Shown: positions 57,533-64,000 of the stretch, piece by piece
Position numbering within the stretch: position 1 is the first letter of the stretch
Layout of the letters: each line of letters begins with the position of its first letter
Source: Octopus vulgaris
Taxonomy: Eukaryota
Assembly: GCA_951406725.2 (NCBI GenBank)
Contig: OX597821.1
Coordinates: forward strand, 62,992,001-63,056,000
Direction of reading: 5' to 3'
Length of the DNA stretch: 64,000 nucleotides
Notes under the pieces: generated by a model
Database searches by the model: none
Told to the model about the DNA's origin: nothing
What the model saw: only the letters and a program-made list of their open reading frames with translations
Made by a program: the position numbers and the translations under genes

Positions 57533-57706
57533 CAATACGTTGTGAGAAACTTGGACCACCATTAAATGGCTTTATTACTGGATCAGGTGAAACCTACAAT
57601 ACAGTTTTGCGTTTCTCATGTCCAGAAGGATATAAGCTTGTTGGATCAGCAGAGCGTCGTTGCATGTCGGACGGAGAATGGAGTGGACAACTGTCGCGAT
57701 GCCAAG
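57533..57706 (+). CDS. CCP/sushi domain exon with GC-type donor
   Basis: Acceptor ttttattttcag; 174 nt. Encodes (P)IRCEKLGPPLNGFITGSGETYNTVLRFSCPEGYKLVGSAERRCMSDGEWSGQLSRCQ, a frame absent from the ORF track. The phase-1 end falls at AAG|gcaagt. Confidence 0.92.
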
Positions 57707-57863
57707 GCAAGTATCAAATATATATATTACTTTGAACTTTGGAATATGCACGAATGAAACTCTGAATCTTTTGCCCCGAGAATGTTTACTTTCAGATAGA
57801 TATTAGTTTTTCACACACACAAACACATATGACAAATGCATAATGAATAGATAACTTATTTGT

Positions 57864-57949
<86 letters not shown>

Positions 57950-57972
57950 GGATAGATAGATAGATAGATAGA
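57864..57972 (+). repeat. (GATA)n microsatellite
   Basis: Direct reading. Confidence 0.95.
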
Positions 57973-58990
57973 TATGAATAAATATGAGGTGCATTGTATA
58001 GATGTCTTTGGGAAAAGAATAATATACCCTTAAGAGAATTCAAGAATGAATCAAAATTTAATTAGTGGTGTGACAAGCATTCTTTACCCATAGGAAATGA
58101 AAATGAGGGGAGGAATATAACATACATAAAAAAATATAATTTTCTTAACTCCATACAGAGACGTGAAACACTGACTCACATACATAAAATAATGTACATA
58201 AGTATGCGCGTGTGTTTTGTTAGTGTGTATAAAGAAAAGGACCCTATAATTTGAAAAGAAGTATGTACACGTATTCTGCCTTCTTCATATTTTGCTTCTG
58301 TCGACTGAGACTAATAAAGCTTTGTTCAACTCGAGTTTAAAGTTGGATAATTTTGCCAGAATTTTCATCAAAATCGAACTCGTTACCAACCAGTTCGGAT
58401 GCCAGATTCTCAGCTACACTATTTCGTACAGGTGCATAATTCATGGTTGTTATTTTTCAAACTTCTGAGATTAAAATTAAATTTCCTGTATACCCCATAA
58501 TAAAGTGTTAGTACTAAGAAAACTAAAATTGTTATGTATGGTTGTTCGCTACATGTATTGAATGCAAGTAAGAATAAATATTATGAAAATTTCCTAAGCG
58601 CTTTCATACTAAATCTTTATACTTGTATACATTCCATTAATGTCACACAAAAACTATTTTAGTTGCTGTTCCTTTAACAATAGTAAGAAATTGGGTGAAA
58701 TTTGTAAAATGAATTTATGCAATGCTAACTTTCGTTTAAACACTTTTAGAATTCGTTTGATTTTGCTTTCTTTTCTAGTCAATCTGCTCTTATATTTTGT
58801 TGGTTCTGCTGTCATTTCAAGATATATGCAAATGTATAATCATTCGGAAAACTATTTTTGCTGAAATAATTGATTCATGTACGACAATTTCCGTTATTTG
58901 AAATATTTATATCCAAATGTTTAAACATGATTTAAATATATTTTTGTCTACATGTATGATTAACTGATAATAATACATATTTCCTACCAG

Positions 58991-59067
58991 GATGTAGTCC
59001 CAATAAGACGTGTTTGGAAATTAAACGAGGGAGAAAAATCTGTATGAAGCCATGGCCACCTTTTTAA
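58991..59067 (+). CDS. Candidate terminal coding exon (G)CSPNKTCLEIKRGRKICMKPWPPF*
   Basis: Acceptor atttcctaccag. Phase-1 reading continues the CCP exon and ends at TAA 59065-59067; Cys-rich; AATAAA at 59528-59533. Confidence 0.5.
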
Positions 59068-60869
59068 AGACTACAAATGTCTGTAGATTCAGGTTTTCAT
59101 TCCTTCAGTTTATTTACACTTCTTGATCAAATGATATGCGTTATCATGTTACACGCCTTCATTATTGAGCCGCTGATGGGAACAACGAATGAAATACAAT
59201 GAAATACTTGTGTATTATGATGGTATATGTTCCAATCATCTACACTTCGTTGATTGGAAATTCCTTGTTTTGAGGTTATGCCAATCATTCTAATGAAGAT
59301 AAACCTCTTTGCAAACGAGAATCGATAATACCTGTTCCTTAAAAATACGATTTAGTTGCTCAACATGTTAAACATTGATATGGAATAGCCATGATATCGC
59401 TTAAAATCTGATATGTAAAGGAAGCGTGTTTCAAATCATAATTAATTGATATAATTTCCCTCAGAGAAAAAAATATTAAATGCTGCTATGCAGTTCCAAG
59501 AATGAGTTTATTAGCCCCAGTAGATTTAATAAAAGGAGATTATTAACAGAAATGGCGCAATTATGAAGATTGGCAACGGCATGACACTCGAATAATTAGC
59601 AGATTATTAAAAGGCAACAGCAGTAAAACAATTATAAACCTAAAAAGAACACACAAATATCTAATTTAAAATTATCAGAAACATTGATTATTCAGAGTAA
59701 AATTGCAACTCAGTAGAGTTGCAATTTGTAAAATGAGTGATATTCTAACCCGTAGCTTGATTACTAGGGATAGCTGCGAACAAGTCTCTCTATGTCTTTA
59801 GAACAAAAAGAAATGCATCGATTGAAAATTTAATTTTAGAAAACTCTAAAGTATCGGAGGGCCACTTGTTTTATATTAGACGAGATGGTTCGAAGGTGAC
59901 AGTAGCAGAAAAAAATAATTAAAAACCGAAGCTTTGTGGGAATGTCTAATGAGGTGCATAATTTATAATTTATATAACTGTTTATATGAAAGAAAGATGG
60001 CGTGGAAATAGTATGACACTGTGGCCTTACATTCCTCCTACAGCTGAGCAGTGTGACTGAGGCAGGTTTCTGTGGAAAACGTTTGTTAAAAACTAACTGC
60101 ATATCAACTGCGCGGGCATAGACCGTGAAAATAGCATGTGAAAATCGTAAATTCTTTCGCTGCTTACATTTAGGATAACAAGACGTTACCTCAAGGATAT
60201 GATTGTTTTGTTTCTAGCAGATAGATTGAATGGTCGAGTTTAAGATGTTTTGTTCTCGTGTACTAAATTGTTACATCAGTTTCCCTCTTAGCTTAGAATC
60301 TCTTGTGTGAAGTTTACTTTGTGCTTGGATATCCTTTTCGATTTGCGTCCAATGTTTAGTTGCGGTTACTTTATAATTTAAACTATTTTTACTGATATAG
60401 AGTACCTTATTAGACTGAAATCCTTGATTATTCTGAACGTCCTTCTTATGACGGGTTCTTTTGTCGTCTTCGTCAGGGATGTTTTCACGGAGATATTTTC
60501 AGGAAGATATTTGTGTTAACATGGATTAAGATTTTGTCTTATATGGCATTGATAGTTCACATATCTATGTTGTTAACTTGTACATCAATATCGTCTCAAG
60601 TTCCTTTGTTGTGTTAGCCATATTTAATTTGGAATCCTTGTACACTCTGAGTAATCTAGAATCTCTATTGATCTCGGACCTGATGACTTTATCGGGAATA
60701 CTCGTCATGAAAAAATGCCATGTTTGTTTTGCAGTTAAGAAAAATATTAAACAAATTCGCAGTTACTCTACTCCACATGATTCTGTATTTTACTGTCTTA
60801 TTATACATACTACCCAACTAGTGGGCACCAAGGAACTCCTCACGTATAACTACATGACTGTCGCTTTGC

Positions 60870-61770
60870 CAACTCACTGCGTCAGCATTTTATGACTGAG
60901 AAAAATGCGACAAGTCTGAAATTTTGTAATAATGATAATAAACTGGAAAGAATGCATAGCATGGTACTGTAGGATGCAGGTAGGAAGCCCGTTACGCATG
61001 TGACACTCCAGGAGCTCCAACAAAACCTGTGATAAAGAGAAGTAATAATGATGATGTTGATGAGTTTTGATTTATGCCCAATGTTATCAATTGCGAGGTG
61101 AGTTTAGCCGATGTCATAAGGCTCAGCACTTGATTGGAATCTTTTTGTTTTCTATCATGAAATGAAGGAATATAATTGACTTGCGTTTTCACATAAGTTT
61201 TACAAACGAGTAGCAAATACGATACATGAAGACGAATTGCCAGCAAGCAACTAGAATGAACTTTTCATGATGGTTAAGACGAAAATGCATCATCCAGCTA
61301 CAATATTCTTGGACTAGAGACATCCCAATTAATTATAACAAAAAACAATAAAGAACGTGGGGGATAATATGCAATTACAGGCAGATTGAAACAGAAATAT
61401 GTACGTGTGTTGAATAAAAGTGAAAACAATCCAGCATGGATACAGGAGTTCTAGTGATAACAAAAACTACGGAAGGCACTTGCAATTGGGTATCACGGCT
61501 CAGTGATTATAAAATCCGCTCACAAAAGATACGCATTGCAAAATATACTCAATGAAATTACATAACCCGCATAGCTATACTCTAAGGAATTGTTACCCAG
61601 CACCCAATAAAAAGGAATAATACGTGCGCTGGCAAATAACATATAATCTTATCTGATATAACAAGTATATATTGACAAAGATCTCACCGATTTGGAAATT
61701 AGTTTACAAACAAGAGACCCAATAAGACATTCATTGATGACAAATTATTAATCATCACTATTTCAATAGT
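60870..61770 (-). pseudogene. Highly decayed intronless class A (rhodopsin-like) GPCR pseudogene
   Basis: Frameshifted motifs in GPCR order: IFVN..LVISD (TM2, D at ~61652), IPFYWVLG (ECL1), SIF..CVS.ER..IITEP.Y (TM3, R at ~61517), CWIVF (TM4, W at ~61432), FVFMYRI (TM5), KLINIIII..FCWS (TM6, ~61020), QNFRLVAF (helix-8-like). Many stops and frameshifts. Confidence 0.45.
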
Positions 61771-63631
61771 CTTGCAAGAAATTTTTTTAAAATACGCTTA
61801 GTATGCACGAGATAAATCTTATAATTATGAAAATAATGATAAAATTGATAGAAATTTCTTAAAATAAAATGATGCAAGCTAACAATCAGATGTATAGGAC
61901 GTCAGACACACAAGTTCATAAAATATGAAACACACTCAATTGCGGGTGCATATAATCTCGGCAAACTGGCACTAATTTCGTGCTTTAAATAAGGCTACTC
62001 AGCTGCCTATTTTAAACACTTACTATACAGTTCAAACGTTTAAATATTGTTCAAGATTAATGCAATTTATAAACTCCATGTTTTGTTTTAAAGTGAGAAC
62101 TGTTAAGTAAAACCTTTTTGCCAACTTTCAACAGAATTGTCTCTTTAAAATCTAAAATTGTGCAAAACTGTTTCATATAGAGGTTGGGCCAAATGTCAGT
62201 GCAACATTTGAAGCAATATGCACTCAGGCTTCGTGGCATATGGCTTACTACGCATATATTACGTTTCCTGTAAGAATTGAGTTGATCCATGCTCTCACGT
62301 GAGATCAAAAAGACTACTTACGTATCATACAAAATACAACTACTTGTGCATCAGGTTTTTCTCTTTGACGTCATGCTTAGATACATATTCTTGTGCCGAA
62401 AGCATGCGGCTATTTCAAGTAAGTTCTGAAATCATTTAATAGATTTGTTTTAAATGTACATATGATTAGTAAGCGCGATGCATTGAGATAAGATAGGAGA
62501 AACCATCGCCACTTGCATTCTCACGTATCTTCGAATTGATAAAAATTCTGTGTACGATAAAGTTTTATGACCTTTATAGAAACGTTTTATGAATTTGTAC
62601 AAATTTTTCGAGTAGTAAATTATATACCAAAAGTAATTAGATACATTTTTCCAAGTGACACGCTGTGTGTGAATGGGAAAATACCAAATGGATTGGACTA
62701 AATGGACTTTTAGTATATCAGTGTTTTGATAAGACTTTGAGCAACAGTTGAACATTTTGTTTTCATCCAGAATATAATATAAAGTATTAATGTTACCAGA
62801 AACACAAAAGAAATGATGTTTCATATTTGAAATCCTGCGAAATTTCAAGTCTTTCCGTTAGAAGAGAGGAAGAAGTCTTCGTTTTTTGTAATATCTTACT
62901 ATATTTTTATATAATTCATGCTTCAAAAGTTTATGTTTACTAAGTAGAAAAGAGTATCGTCAGAAAATACAATGTGAGAGAAATCGTGTAATCTTAGCAT
63001 GTTCATAAATTTTCTCATAATGTTTGAAGCTTCAACATACACTCAACGACAGTGTAATTTTACTCATTGAATTGACTACTTCAGGTGTCACTAATCGCAA
63101 TAATTTGCTCACGACACTTACTTTCTAGGTATTTTAACGTTTAAGATGCAGTACCCCTCTCAACTTCTTCCTTCAGAAAAAGAAATGGCCGCAAATATAC
63201 TGACTGAAAAAACTGAAGCTGAGTATACTCAAGCGCTTAAAAATAGCACTAAAATTAAGCTTTTAAAACTATTTTGTGCTTACTGGGCTAATTATATTCA
63301 ATGAATATCTTCCTAAGGCAAATTGCCTGTAGTCGAACTCGGTAATCGAGAAATTTTTCAATCAATGAATTTGCTAATTAGTTCATAGTCAGTCAGAAGT
63401 ATGCTAAAAATAACATTAACGAACACAACCCTTACATGATCAATACCCGACAATATAGCATTAGAAAATCCACACATTACATATAGCTGCTATAATACAA
63501 CAAAGACTGTATATTATCTCCCGGATCATTATTGGAAACAAAACCTGCGATACAATTAGCTGAAGTTTTAAATAAGAACGTAAAACTTTTCGACCAACCT
63601 GTTAAAGTAATGATGAAAAAGTTGTTTTTTT

Positions 63632-63810
63632 TTCTGCTATAAGCACAAGGTCTGAAATTTTGGAAAAGCGGGAGGTCGATTACTGTGCACAGCTGATGCT
63701 TCTTTTATCGACCCCAATGTGATAAAAGGCAAAGCCGACCTTAACGGAAAATGAACTCAGAACTTAAAGACAATAAAAGCCGCAAATTATTTTGATCCTG
63801 CGTGCTAAAG
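63632..63810 (-). mobile_element. SINE, diverged
   Basis: ataagcacaaggtctgaaattttgg...aaaggcaaagccgacctt..cggaa.atgaactcagaac. Confidence 0.75.
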
Positions 63811-63930
63811 TGATAGTTATAATCCTATCTACCATAGAAACAAAGATACAAGACCTGACCTTTTTGGTTTTATTGGAAAGGACCAGTTGATTTTGTAGAG
63901 ATGATTATTATTATTATCATCATGATGACT

Positions 63931-64000
63931 CAGGTGGTGGACTGGCAGAATCGTTAGCACACCGGGGGAAATGCTTAGCGCTAGTTCGTGTGCCGCTACG
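63931..64000 (+). mobile_element. SINE 5' end running off the window
   Basis: ctggcagaatcgttagcac.ccgg..gaaatgcttagcg. Confidence 0.8.

Larger units (their letters stand above)
39999..59067 (+). other. lev-9: Gene span (3' part) of a LEV-9/Hasp-like multi-CCP (sushi) protein
   Basis: Hand-spliced phase-1 exons give an open frame: xAKFNM-VVCNQPPSIENALHNAPREQARFPAGTELMYTC...C-T-KSDDTKPET-DCKYPGEV...C-N-PIRCEKLGPP...CQ-GCSPNKTC...PF*. The A-x-HN-x-P-x-EQ-x-x-F insert in the first CCP and the order of the next two CCPs resemble, from memory, the CCP series after the WAP domain in LEV-9/Hasp-type proteins. Orthology is inferred, not searched. Confidence 0.55.

Noticed and set aside
57566-57757. 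ORF MALLLDQVKP...
   Set aside because: Wrong frame; the CCP exon is read in another frame from 57533.
60985-61025. CWSSWSVTCVTG resembling a thrombospondin type 1 motif
   Set aside because: Lacks the remaining Cys/Arg pattern; better explained as TM6 of the GPCR-like relic.
62450-62848. 132-aa minus-strand ORF
   Set aside because: No convincing domain beyond a weak GN motif; not called as a gene.

Overview
AT-rich, microsatellite-dense eukaryotic genomic DNA. The repeat landscape (tRNA-derived SINEs with internal microsatellites, R4/Dong, RTE, Tx1, Penelope and mariner relics) points to an octopus/cephalopod genome; this is an inference from repeat style. Almost all ORFs in the supplied track are microsatellite artefacts. 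One real gene is visible on the + strand: a multi-CCP (sushi) protein resembling LEV-9/Hasp, with three phase-1 domain exons (41454-41636, 54097-54264, 57533-57706, the last with a GC donor). It also has frame-preserving microexon candidates encoding inter-domain linkers (39999-40016, 53217-53243, possibly 17579-17593) and a candidate Cys-rich terminal exon (58991-59067). No upstream signal-peptide, WAP or first-CCP exons were found, so the 5' part probably lies outside the window. Other notable structure: four fold-back inverted repeats of different ages, Tx1-type tails joined twice at the same site in SINE heads, and a heavily decayed minus-strand class A GPCR-like pseudogene near 60.9-61.8 kb. 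All calls were made by eye, and repeat boundaries are approximate.
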